Position numbers and translations under genes: made by a program | Notes under the pieces: model-generated | What the model saw: only the letters and a program-made list of their open reading frames with translations | Databases searched by the model: none | Told to the model about the DNA's origin: nothing | NCBI GenBank assembly: GCA_009602735.1 | Contig: WELA01002374.1 | Coordinates: forward strand, 190,787 to 253,200 | Direction of reading: 5' to 3' | DNA from: Mesotaenium endlicherianum | Taxonomy: Eukaryota | DNA: 62,414 bases | In this document: one piece after another, positions 11,301 to 23,493 of the stretch | How the letters are laid out: every line of letters begins with the position of its first letter | How positions within the stretch are numbered: the first letter of the stretch is position 1

Positions 11301-14300
11301 TCCTCTCCGCCTTCACGGCGCGCTCCTTCTCCGCGACAGCCATGGCTCTAAGCTCGGCCGCTTTCTCCTTCTCCTTTGCCTTCTCGGCTTTTGCCGCCAG
11401 CTGGGCCTCCCGCTGACTCAGCTTCTCCTCCCGCCTTGTCAGCGTGTCGCCCTGCGCCGCCAGCTCAGCATGGGCTGATGCCAGCCTGTCCTTCTCGTCC
11501 TGCAAGCGCGTGTGTGCATCTCAAGTTGGAAGAAAACAATCCAATTTAATATGCAGGACTGAAGATTCATTTGAGTGAACGAGGTCAAGGAAGTTGAGAA
11601 AACATGTTGAAGAAAAAGAGTCAAGCCCCAAAACGCAAAGTGCATGTTGTCCTCCACAGCAACCACCAGACAGCTCTCAGATGCAAGCGTGCAGGTAGGG
11701 ACGCCCCGGCCGGGGGGGAGGGTGTTGGCCACCTTGAGAGTGTCCTGCTGTTGCAAGATCTGGCTCCGCTCGTCATCCAGCTTAGCCTTGCTGGCAAGCA
11801 GAGAGACCTCCAGCTCGTCAAGGCCCCTCTGCTGCTCCGCCTGTCCGAGCAACACGCCATACAGAGCGTATCAGCCAAAGCTTCGTGCACGCATGTATAT
11901 GCGAATTTAATCCACACACGCGCGCATGTGCGCACCACGCGGACACGGGCACGCTGCGCATCCATCCGGTGCGCACACGCGTGACTCCCAGCCAAACGAC
12001 TGAGTCGGAGCATCGCAAATGAATAAGGCGCCGGCACGACACTGGAACTGCTCTCTGCTTGGCTTCATCAGGCGTGGGGCCCAGGTGGCTGACGGGCACC
12101 GTGGATTGAGCACATCGCGGGTGTTCCAGCCCACAAGGCTCTTGTGTATGTGTACGGGGGACGTGCATATGCAAGTCCAGATGATCATACCATCACGTAC
12201 ATGCTCACATGCACGTGGACAGACATTACTTGTAGACCCCCGACGTGCCTATCTATCATGCCCACCCCCGCCCGAAGCCACGCAGGGGTCACGCCAGCGG
12301 GTCGCACGACAGCTCACCAGGGCCTGCTTCTGCGCCTGCAGTGCCAGCTGGCGCTGGCGCACGCTCTCCTCGTGCGCAGCCTGCCTCTCCTGCTGGCGCC
12401 GCGCGTGCGCCTCCGCCTCCTTCAGCCGCGCCTCTTGCTGCTCCAGCGCCTGCACCCGCAACATGCCACTTGGTTCATGCTCAGCATGCCACCCGTTGCT
12501 CGCTCTGCATGGTGCTACTTGCCGCACGCTCCTTAGCCAACAGCCCCAGCCTGCCGCCTCTCCACCTCCTGCCCTCTCTTTCTCTCGACTCCAAAATGAG
12601 CTTGAAAAGAAGCGCCTCTTACAATTTCTCAGGACGTCCTTGCCTGGGCTTGAGCCGACATGTAGCTTTCAGACATGCAAGCGTGCTTCACTGGCCGATG
12701 GAACAAGAGGTCGTCCTCCCTCTTAGAGAGAGGGAACAGAGGGAGACTGTTGGAGATGACGGTGGGACTAGTGGAGGCTACTGGCAGAGGGAACGAGGTG
12801 GGTGAGGTCAAGGCCTGGCCGGGCCAGGGTCGCGGAACTCACGCGCTCGCGAGAGGCGAGTCTGTCCTGCCATGTGGCAGCTGCCTGGCTGGCCTCGGAG
12901 GCTTGCTGCTCTCTCAGATCGAGTGCCTGCACACACTCGCGAGGCCAACAGGGAGGCAGAGCTCTGTGAGTCAGGTTGCAGAATGTGCCCAACATGCACA
13001 CACGCGCGAGGTCGTACAGCAGTGGTGCAACTTGAGATACGAACCAGACCACTTGCGCGCTCCCTGTGCCCACTCCAGAAGCTTGAAACAGCACAGCCGT
13101 CTCTCTTTCTCTCACTCACTCACTCTCTAGCTGCAAGTGTGCCGCCGCTACCTCACCTGTGCACGCGTGGCGACCTCCTCTTGCGCCACCTGGAGCTCCT
13201 CCCGGACGCGCTGCAGGCGCTCATGCTCCTTGTCCGCCTCGCGTTGGCCCGTCAGCTGGGCGTTCTCGCGCTGGCGCAGGTCGCCCTCGCGGTCCGCCAG
13301 CACCTTCTCGCGCACGCCCATCTCGCGTTGCTCCTGCACGCCCGCCCGCGCACCCATGCACCAGTTATTGCCACATGTACAAGCATTCCAGCATCACCAA
13401 GCGCGTAAGTAAGCCTCGAATCTCTCCCTGACCTCTGGAATGCCGTTTACGGCCAACTGCCGCAGCAGCCGCAAGCGGACCCCTGGATGCTATTGCGCAC
13501 GCGCGTGCCACGGTCAGCACCAACCAGCAACGAGCATGCGAGCTCCTCGGCTGCCACTGCTCTGGGGCGCACCCCATCTACTCTCCCTCCTCCCTTGAAA
13601 GCCAGCCAGACTCACACATTCCCACTGTCATCCTCATTCCCCAAATCCCTCCATCATCCCTCCCTGCAGCTGATTGACATACAACCTGCACTCCCAACAG
13701 ATGGAGGCGGCTTGCGAGCGGGTGGAAGGGGGCCACACCTGCAGGAGGGTGTTGCGCAGCTCGTACACGCGCCACTCCTCCTGCGCGATCTCCCGCTCCT
13801 TTTTCTCCACATCCCTCACCGTCTCCTCCACGCTGCGCCCACGTGGCACGCAAGCAAGCACCCACACACGCACGCACAGGTCACCAGTCAGCCCTTTTTC
13901 TGCTTCAGAGGGGCTCCCCAGTGCCATCCAGAGGCCACTTGTGCTTCACCTGCACGGGCAAGCTTGGCACGGGCCCCAAGTGGGATCAGCACGCACTCAT
14001 GCATGCACGCACGTATGCACGCGTACTGCAAGCCCACGCGGCGCACGCGCATGCATGCACGCGCGTGCAGATTCACTCGCTCCAGAGTCCAATCATGACT
14101 GGTGCACATCGACGGCTTGCTGGCCGCCACACCTAGAGGGCAGCCAGTCCAGCCAATGGGATATGCCTCCCGCTGTGACGCCCAGCAACCTGTCGCGGGA
14201 GCGCCTCTGCGTTCATGACCTCCTCTCATCTGAAAAACTGCAGCGAAGAAACGAAGGGGGCGCAGAAAGAGCAGGAACTGCAGTGGCGGGCACAGGATCG

Positions 14301-17300
14301 TAGAGCACACAGGACATGCACGAAGCAGAGGGAAGCACAGCAATGCTCCCTTTCAGCCTCAGCCTGCGCCCTTCCTTTCCCCCCGCCCCCACTCACTCTC
14401 TCTCTCCCCNNNNNNNNNNNNNNNNNNNNNNNNNNNNNNNNNNNNNNNNNNNNNNNNNNNNNNNNNNNNNNNNNNNNNNNNNNNNNNNNNNNNNNNNNNN
14501 NNNNNNNNNNNNNNNNNNNNNNNNNNNNNNNNNNNNNNNNNNNNNNNNNNNNNNNNNNNNNNNNNNNNNNNNNNNNNNNNNNNNNNNNNNNNNNNNNNNN
14601 NNNNNNNNNNNNNNNNNNNNNNNNNNNNNNNNNNNNNNNNNNNNNNNNNNNNNNNNNNNNNNNNNNNNNNNNNNNNNNNNNNNNNNNNNNNNNNNNNNNN
14701 NNNNNNNNNNNNNNCCCCCCAAAAAAAAAATAGCACACAGAACCTGAAGGAGGAAGTTGGCAAGCAGGAGCCCTACCTGGAGCGCTCCACACGCACGCCA
14801 GCCTCCCGCTCCTCCACTTTCCTCTCCCTGCGCTCCACCTCCTCGACCCTCCTGCGGCCCTCCTCCTCCTTTACATCCATGGCCGCCAGTCTCGCCTCCG
14901 CCTCGCGCAGCCGCTCTTGGGCCCGCCCCTTAAGTTCCTCCGCCTCCAGGGTGAGCGACTGCGCGCGCTTGCTGCTCACTTCTGTCTTTGCCTCCACCTC
15001 CCGTACTGCCTTCTCCAGCTGTCACCCGATCAGACATGCTCGCAATTTCACATTATGTCTGCCTTCCCTTTAGGCATGGGCTGATGACTCTTCGCTGGAA
15101 GAGGTGATGACTTCTGGAATGGGCCATCTTTAGTGACTTTGTTCTTATTTAAGTGCTTATTCTATAAATCAAAAGTCAAATGTACTCAAGAATCCCAGCA
15201 CTTTCCATGCAAAGGATGGGTGAAATTCCATCCACTGAGCAGCACACGCCCCCTAGAGATGCGTGTGGATGTGCTTGAAAGACCGCGCACCTTAAACATG
15301 CGCACACAGACAGATGCATGCGCACACGCACACCCACAGGGCATCCTCCCCCCCCCCCCCCNNNNNNNNNNNNNNNNNNNNNNNNNNNNNNNNNNNNNNN
15401 NNNNNNNNNNNNNNNNNNNNNNNNNNNNNNNNNNNNNNNNNNNNNNNNNNNNNNNNNNNNNNNNNNNNNNNNNNNNNNNNNNNNNNNNNNNNNNNNNNNN
15501 NNNNNNNNNNNNNNNNNNNNNNAATATATGAGGGGTTAAGGGGGGGGGGGGGGGGGGGGGGGCAGCTGACAAGCTCCGCACCCCCCGCGCATTCTCTCCC
15601 CCCCCACATGCAAGAGAATGAGCCTGCAAGGTGGGTTGTGAGAGGGCTGCCCCAGCTGTGCCAAGCTGTGTAAATGGTAGCGCCATTGCATCTGAAAGAC
15701 ATACATGTGAAGACACAAGAGGTGCCAAGGACCTCAGGCAGTTGCGAGGGGGCTAGGGAGAGAGAGCGACAGGAGCACCTCACAGGTGAGCGTGTCTCTC
15801 CACCGCCCGCTCATTCTCTCTTCCTCTCTTTCTCTGCGTGCAGGCACGTGTGGGTGAAATTTTGCGTGTGCGAGTGTGTCGGGTTGCTGGCATTCACCAT
15901 CAGCCATGCCCCCCCCGGAATTGAGAGCCCCCCCAAGCCAACACAGAGAGAGAGAGAGGGAGGCAGGCAGAGAAAGAGATCATGAAAGCTAACCCTCTCG
16001 TCCACCGCCCTCCTCCAGCGAGGCCTGGCTGGCGCTGACCTGGACAGCCTCCCGCTCCCAGGCCGGCTGCTGCCCTCCCCCTGGCTGATGTCCTTCAGGA
16101 TGTGGCGGGGGGGTAACAGAGCCCAGCTGGAGCAGGGAAGGCGAGGACGCAACAGCAACGCCCCCCGAGAGAGCAGACTGGAGATGGCAGACTACGGGAG
16201 GGGGGGGAAGAAAGAGACATGGGGAGCAAGCAAAGAGGTGGAAGGGAGAGGAAGAGGGAGAGGAATATCCGAGCCGCCCACCTCAGCGACGCACTTCTGC
16301 TCCTCCGCCAGCGCCGCCCGCAGAGCCTCCTCGCGCTCGCGGGCCTCCGTCGCCGCCACCTGGCGGGCCATCTGCTCACGCTGCAGGGCCTCCTCCGCCT
16401 CTGCGTGGGCCACGCGCGCGTCGTCGAACTTGGGCTGCCACTCCGCGCGCTCCATCAGCAGCACCCCCATGTTGTACTGGTACTCGTACAGCTGCCGCCC
16501 GCCAGCACCCCCACCCCCACCCCCACCCCCACCCACAGCAGAGCGTTCCATCATCCGGCCCGTCAGCTCAGTTGGACAAGATGGGCAACACCTTCTTAGC
16601 ATACGCTGTCCCACCCCTGCCATTGCCCCTGCTTGATCCCCAACCCAGGTACCATCAAGTTAGCACCACCCTTACCCGGACATACGCACCCCCAACCGAG
16701 CAATGTGTATGTGCACGAGCAGACAGACGGGCACGCGCACACAGAAGACATGATGCTCCCTGCCCCCCCTCTCCAGAGCAGGAGGGGTGCACCACCAGTG
16801 CTCTCCCCCTCTCCCTCTGTCTCTGTCACGCGCAGCAGTTGTCTGCAGCACGAGTGGCAATAAATGGCTCTCCGCCACTGGTGCTTGCACTAGCACTCGC
16901 AAAGCTCGAGCACTTGCCACGCGCTCCCGACCACCCTTCTTTCTGCCCTCTGCCTGCTCAACCTATGCTTGCAGCAGAGCAGATTGACTCCCACCCCCCT
17001 GCCTACCCCCCATGCCGTTCAGCAGGTGCTGCTCCTCCCCTGGTGACATCCCCAGAAAGAGAGGTGTCGCGAGCGAGAGGAAAGTCACGCGTCACACCCA
17101 AGCCCAGTACAAGCCCTGATTTCGAGCACGACTCTTAAGAGAGCTGCGAGGGTGCGCTATCTGAGTGGCAGTTAGAGCGTCTGCGGCCGGGTGTGCCCTC
17201 TCAGCAAGGAATCCACCCCACCAGAGGCGGGAGGTCACTTTCAACCCCCTCCCTCATACAAAAGACCTGGTCCCCTTGTATCAGGTTCAAGTAATAACAC

Positions 17301-18452
17301 AACTCATCCCTGGACCCATGATGGCCTTGAGTTCAGCTGCTCATGATGAACAGCCCAAAAGACAACATAAATAGAGGGGCGTGTCCTGCTTGGCTGGCAA
17401 GCAAGCACATGAGCCATCAGCCATGAGGAAGGTGTGGATGATTTGCTCAAGACCAAGGGTCACAGCTTTGCACAGTTGCCATCAGCCCTGTACTTTCAAC
17501 TAATTTCACCAGCAGATGAGTACGGAGGATAAATAAGTCCAAGAAGAGTGCCGGTTAAAAGCACGTTTGGGGGGGGGGGGGGGGGGGGGNNNNNNNNNNN
17601 NNNNNNNNNNNNNNNNNNNNNNNNNGGGGGGGTGGCATGTCAAGGGCACCCGCCTCTTGTGCATTTGTATAATTACCACTCCCTTCCCCTCTTCTAGTAA
17701 GAGAAAACAGTGCAGAGAAAAACCCCAGTGTGAAACATCAAATGAGACGGATGAGGTTTCAATGCCCCCCAGCAGCACCAGTGCTCATGCAGAAAGAGGA
17801 GCTTTCAGCAAAGTGTTTGAAAAGAGGAAACAGGAATCAGGGAACTAGGATAGCAAAACAACCAATGTCAGACTTTTGACACCCCTTCCCCGCAGAAGCT
17901 GCAGTAGGGTTAGTTGCCTCGCTGGAGACTGGGGCAAGGAGCTGACGGGGTCAATCCCCTGTCTCAACAAAGGTAGAAAGAGCAAGTAGGAATCAAAATC
18001 AAGCACATCTGGCTTACCTCATCTTCAAGCTCTTCCACGCGTGCTTGTAATGCGCCCCTCTCCTTCCGTACCACAGAATCCTCGTCTAGAGTTCCAGCCT
18101 CTTGGAACCGACGCCATATCTCAGGCTCGCCATGGCTCCCGCCCTGAGCCCCACTTACAGTGACTAACCCAGCATCAACAGTAGTTCCCCTCTCCTTCCG
18201 AATCCTGCCAGGTGCAGGCTTCAGAGATCGTGCTGCCATGGCGCGCACAACCTCCACGCTCTCAGCATCCTTGTTAGGCGTTCTGTTTCTCCTGCTCCTA
18301 GTCATAGCTGCGTTGACAGTTGTCGTCTCCACAATGGTCTGAACGACTTGCTGGGAAGTTTCTAAAGAAGCCACTTGATTGGGGCTCTCCACGGATGTCT
18401 GCTGAGTGCTACGCGTGACTCTGACCGGGGTTTTGTGCCCCTGGGAGAACAT
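4722..18452 (-). CDS. NMCP: Nuclear matrix constituent protein (NMCP/CRWN, plant lamin analogue), ~2000 aa
   Basis: Exons (-): 18452-18018, 16491-16282, 15018-14777, 13832-13739, 13333-13157, 12926-12843, 12449-12318, 11840-11733, 11499-11276, 10212-7761, 7373-6193, 5829-5510, 5062-~4722; all phases compatible. Family motifs: WRRFQEAGTLDEDSVVRKERGAL, LYEYQYNMGVLLMERAEW, EQKCVAELEKA, post-rod RWVLDRCSQLF and VHRTKSMRDTLAEG. The extreme 3' end is ambiguous: stop at 4722, or splice at 4726 to e.g. 4549-4513 giving KKLASKLMSKLT*. Confidence 0.92.
5222..5397. repeat. (GA)n/(CT)n microsatellite in an NMCP intron, with assembly gap
   Basis: Direct reading; N run at 5291-5307. Confidence 0.97.
14410..14713. 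other. Assembly gap (N run); further gaps at 15362-15522, 17590-17625, 29484-29489
   Basis: N runs flanked by C/G homopolymers or CT repeats, all inside introns. Confidence 0.99.
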
Positions 18453-19804
18453 TGTTACGCCTTCTTCTCAGTCACTAACTGCGAAAAGTATTAGATGTCA
18501 AGACGCGAACTCGGAACCATGAGCATCTCGATGTTCAAACTTCAATACATAACCAGAGACAACAAAAGGAAGTCAGAGCAATCTACCAACATCAGTGGAA
18601 TTTTTCGCACCAGATATGCCGTGTAAAAATGCCTCAAAGTCGAAACCTTTGTGAGCAGCAGTATATGGAGCACGAAGTCTATTCCTGCCCATTACTGTCA
18701 ATTGCTGTAGCTGTTGCATGCGAGTGGTGATTACCTGGTGATTACTGTACGATTATTACCAAAACGTGTAAATGTCTGCAGAACGAAGTGCAACAGACGC
18801 GAGAACCCTCAGATCTAACACATCCGACGTGACTGAGTGCATGCGTACCACTTGCACGATAATCGTACAATCGATTAATACAATGTGCTACAAAATGAAT
18901 ACAAAGCATGCTCTCAAACACACTCAAATGTCCTTCGACCAGCTTCGACGGTGCAAAGTGGCAGGCACATTCTGTCGACTCTACCTCACTGACACCTGGC
19001 ACCAAGGGAGGACCTCACCGAATTTGTGGTTCGCCAGAGTGCTGAAGTGTGCTGAAGTCTGACATTTAACGTTCTTGGATGCTGGGAGGAAGTTCACCAG
19101 CGCACTCAACGGGGTTGGGACTCGGGAGTCGGGACCGCTTGGATCGAGGTAGACCGAAGTTGGAACTTGGCACTTCTCGAGTCTCCACCACTCAGTACGC
19201 CTGCACGATCTTTCGGATCTAATATGTCCGTTGGTAATTTTCAGGTCAATCTCAGACACGGTCAACGTTCCCAGATCTCGATGGGGAACGGGTGGTGAAA
19301 TAGTAGCGACGGTGCTAAGCGACGCCGACAGTCGAAGAACGTGGCAAGAAACTGGCAAGAAACATAAGCGCAAACACGACGTGCAAGCACACATGGATGC
19401 CCAAAGTTAGCATGTGGTCTGCTCAACTCTTGTTGATGGCCAGCTAGTTAGGGACGAGGATAATAGTCTTACTCGACTTCCTCTTGTATACCTCTTGCTG
19501 CATGCATAAGCAGTCCATTTTCTCCCAGAAGAGTGTGTCCAGAATTATCTTTTGCAGGCAATTCCTTGCTAGTGCACATGTTAATTAACAGGCATTCAGC
19601 TGGCCAAAAGTTTAGCGCAGCAAATGCATGCCGAGTTTCCTCAGAATGTATCTTAGCCTTTCATTTGCGTCGTGGAAAAAAGCCTCTAGTGTATGCATAG
19701 TAAGCTACAGGTTAGATGCACATAATGCGACTACCCTCCAGGAACGGGAGATTGCAGTCTGCTGAACTGAAAACATCCCGTATTGCGTGCATTGGTATCT
19801 AGAA
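18453..19804. promoter_or_regulatory. Divergent intergenic/promoter region between NMCP and MED6
   Basis: Start codons at 18452 (-) and 19805 (+) face away from each other, 1.35 kb apart. Promoter function is inferred from position only. Confidence 0.55.
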
Positions 19805-21881
19805 ATGGAAGCTCAAGAAATTCCCCCTGGCCTTGGACCTCCCCCCTCAGACCTCACAGGCGTATGCTTTCGGGATCAAATATTTCTCAACTTTGTTGGG
19901 GGGAGCCTGGTGGTGGCGAACGTGTTTGACTACTTCTCGAACTCTCCCTTCTATGACCGCACCTGTAACAACGAGCAGCTCCGAGTGCAAAGCATCTGGC
20001 CCCTCGATCAGGCTCAATTGACGTGAGTAAAGCTTCAGAGCGCATCTAGCCCCTTGATCAGGGTCAGTTGAAGCGCATAAAACTTCAAATCAGGGCCTGT
20101 TGACATGCATTAATTTCAAACCGCATGTAGCCCCTCAATAGCTTCGACGGGAAAAGATGTATAAGGGGCCTCAAAATTTTCCGGAACTTAACGGGTTTAG
20201 GGTCTAGGATGGACTCCAAAAAATATTGGAGAAATGACTAGGGAGAAAGGTCTTGAGCTACGGGGGCTTGCTGAAGGAGAGCATGGTTTTGCCCTCATGC
20301 CGACACTTGACCTTGTCTTCATCTTTGTGCCATAGGAAAACTGAGCACAAATGGAATTGAGGGGCTGAGGACCATGCTAAACTGCTTGGTAAATCAGTTA
20401 ATAACAGGTCAGATGGACCAGTAGAGGAAATTCAGACCTGGATCAGAATTAGGGACGTCCTCATGTCAGGGGGTGATGCTTGGGACAAGCGTCGAGTGCC
20501 AGAGATGGGGGAAATGCATACACACTGATCTGAGAAGGTCGATATCAGATTCTCCAGCGGCGTTGCCAGCTCGGCAGTGCAGCTCAGCTGCAAGAGGGGC
20601 TGACAGCTGGCCCTCCCCTCTGCGATTGTGCATGCACGTGCGCAGGAGGATGACAGGTGTTGAGTACATGCTGAGCACAGTGCAGGAGCCCCATCTCTTT
20701 GTGTTTGTGAAGCAGAGGAGGGAGGGGCCCAATAAGGTGACGCCAGCTGGCGCCTACTATGTCCTCGACGGCTCTATCTACCAGGCCCCCAATCTTCAGA
20801 GCGTACTGTGGTCCCGGATTGTAAGTGCATCCCTCTGAGGCCGCCACCTCTTCCTGCCGATGATCCTGAAACTTGTCGCTGCAACTTGCCATTGTGCCTA
20901 TGCCCATTTCCCTGTTGCTGCCACTTGGCCCCTCCTCCCACCTCCAGGAAACGTGAGTCATATAACGAAGGGTTTAACGTACGAATGACATGGGAAGCAC
21001 GCAGCTTTTGGAAAGAGGGTGCTCTTTGCTCATCTACTGACCCACACATACACCCACAGAGTGCGTGTCTTGTGAGTGCGCACGTGTGGATGGTATTTGG
21101 CCATTGGGTGGCACCCTCCTCCCTCCCATCTCCTTCACCATCTATCCCCACGTTCTTAGACGTCAAGATCTTGTCCCGTGCTGCCACATCAGCAGTGGCG
21201 CCAGGCATTAGGAGCAGCAGCTAGATGCTCTTTCTGGCACCCACGCCCGCGCATTCACTCTGCGCACAGCGCGCCAGCGGCACTTGCTCCTGCGACACAA
21301 GTAGTCCCTTGCCCTGGAACCTGTCCTTACCATCACGCACGCATGCGTGCACGCACTTGTGCTCACCGTGTGGCCGCCACAGAGGAGTGGCTGCAGGCAT
21401 GCCTTTGAGGCAGGCTGGATATCTCACCGGGGATGGATGAGGGTCTCTCTCTTCTGGTGGGGGTGGGGGCGGGGAGGCAGGCGAGGGCGCTGGACCACAT
21501 AGGGCGCGCGTTTGCTGAGACCCGCGACAAGATGACGCGCGCGGGCGCGGGTGAGTGAGCCAGCATGCCCCTCCTCCGTCTCTCCTCCCTTTCTCCTGCT
21601 CCTCCTCCGGGTCTTGCAGTGGGGTACCCCCCGTTTTCCCCCCCCGTTTCCCTAGAGCTAGGCCTGGCTGGGAGAGGGAATGGCGGGGAGGAGAGAGCTT
21701 GAGTGCTGGTCTTGTAGCTCCCCTGCTGCTGCAGCTGATGGAAGCGCAGCTGGGGAGGATGCGGTGTGCTCCAGTTTCTCCTGCCGCTAGTTCTGTTTGA
21801 TGCTTGCACCTCTGCTTGGTAACCGCGCTCGGATCGCGTGTGCGTGGGTGTGCTGGCATCCCCGCGCTCATGCGCATGCAC

Positions 21882-21914
<33 letters not shown>

Positions 21915-23493
21915 CGTCTGCGCGCACGCTTTCTTTTGCGGGGCTTTCGTTGGTCCACAGACGCCGGGGAGAAGGGGGGCGAGGTGGAGGAGAAGGCGCC
22001 AGCTGGCAAGCAGATATCCATGGCGGAGCTCATGCGGGTGGACCAAGTGCTCGGCGCCGTCTTCCGAAAGGTGCGCCGCTTGCCTCCTACCTGCTGTCTT
22101 CCCTCCTGCCCAAACTTCTTGATGCTGGATCTGAAGCCCCGGGGGCCCCCCCTTGCGTGCCCGGTTGGTGCCACGTCTGCGCGCACATTGGCGTGTGGAG
22201 GCTTACTTTGTCGTTGCTCGCCCCCTGGTTCTGCTCACATTGTCCATCTGCTGCCCCCGCCCTTATCCTCTAGAGCCCCCCCCGGGCTTGCCTGCCCCGC
22301 ACCTCACACATCACTCGCCCGCCTGCTTGCACGCGTGCTCCCTCTGCTGCCCTTCAAGCCTGGTATTCTCGACATGAGAAACCCTGAGCGCTGTATTCTT
22401 CAAGGCCTCTGGGCATCGTGCTCCTTGACAGGCTTCAGGTGTCATTTCCCTCAGGACGGAGGGGGGAGGGCTCTTCTGTTCATATGTGAAAGGCCCAGGG
22501 CTCTTGGTGCACGGTTGCGCTAGAGCAGAGCTAGGGTTTGGGGCACGGAGTTTGGAACTCCATGTGAAATTGAGAGATGGGACAAGCCACCCTGGCCCAC
22601 CACGGTGAGTCCCAGCTGGCTCTGGCCGTGTGCTGTGCGGAGGGGGCTCTGCTCTACCTCTCCCCCATGCCTCCCGCTTTCGTGTTCTCCAGAGCTCTGG
22701 GGTAGGCGTGATGGCAAGAGCGACAAGTGCCTCACAGGCTCTCTCTCTCGCATTCTTGTTACCTCTGTGGAGGAGAAGGCTGAACGGGGGGGTGGTGCGC
22801 GTGATCAAAGCACGCATGCAGGTAGCGTCGTTTTCTCTCTCTAGTAGTTGGGCAAAAAATCTACCACTACGCTTTCACAGAGGTTGGCATCCTCCGGAGC
22901 GTCCTGCAAGTGAGCGACTAGGCGTGTCTCTGCGCGGTGCGTGCTCGTGTCTTCGTCCGCGTGTGACGGCGTGTGACTGACCAAGGGCAGGTCGCTGGCG
23001 TTTCGAATCTCAATCGTTGACAGACGCGGCAGTAGCCCTTCATATCTGGTGCTTGTGCGCATGTGTATGCGTGCGCGGGTGCATGTTTTCGTCCGTGTGC
23101 GCTTGGGTCACTCAGTCAGGCAGTCAATCATACAAGTAGGCTGAAAGTGACGTGCTTGCCCTCAAACGCACCTGCCCTAGGCCCCCACCGTTCAGTTCGC
23201 TGATCTGCGGCCCTAATCTGGCGAGGATTGGAGCTCTGATGTGGCGGCTGCAGCTGCCACCTGCCCCCCCACCCCCCCTGCCTGCGGGGCAGCAGCAATT
23301 GCCCCCGGAGGAGCAGCAGCAGGAGGGAGAAGGGGAAGGGGAAGAAGACAAGGAGGTGCCGTCCTCAGCGGGTGGCGATCTGGCCCCTGTCTCGGGTCAA
23401 CCTGAGCCAAAGCCTGCTGACCAAGAGCGCATGCTCGGCACACGCCGCCAGGTGGCGAGCGAGGGCCCACCTGCGAAGCGAGCAAAGGCGTAA
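19805..23493 (+). CDS. MED6: Mediator complex subunit 6 (270 aa)
   Basis: Exons 19805-20022, 20646-20820, 21481-21550, 21961-22070, 23254-23493 join in frame. Motifs [80 protein letters not shown] match plant MED6. Confidence 0.95.

Noticed and set aside
15080..15112. Two TGATGA C-box-like motifs in an NMCP intron
   Set aside because: Antisense to the host gene, with no suitably placed D box or terminal stem.
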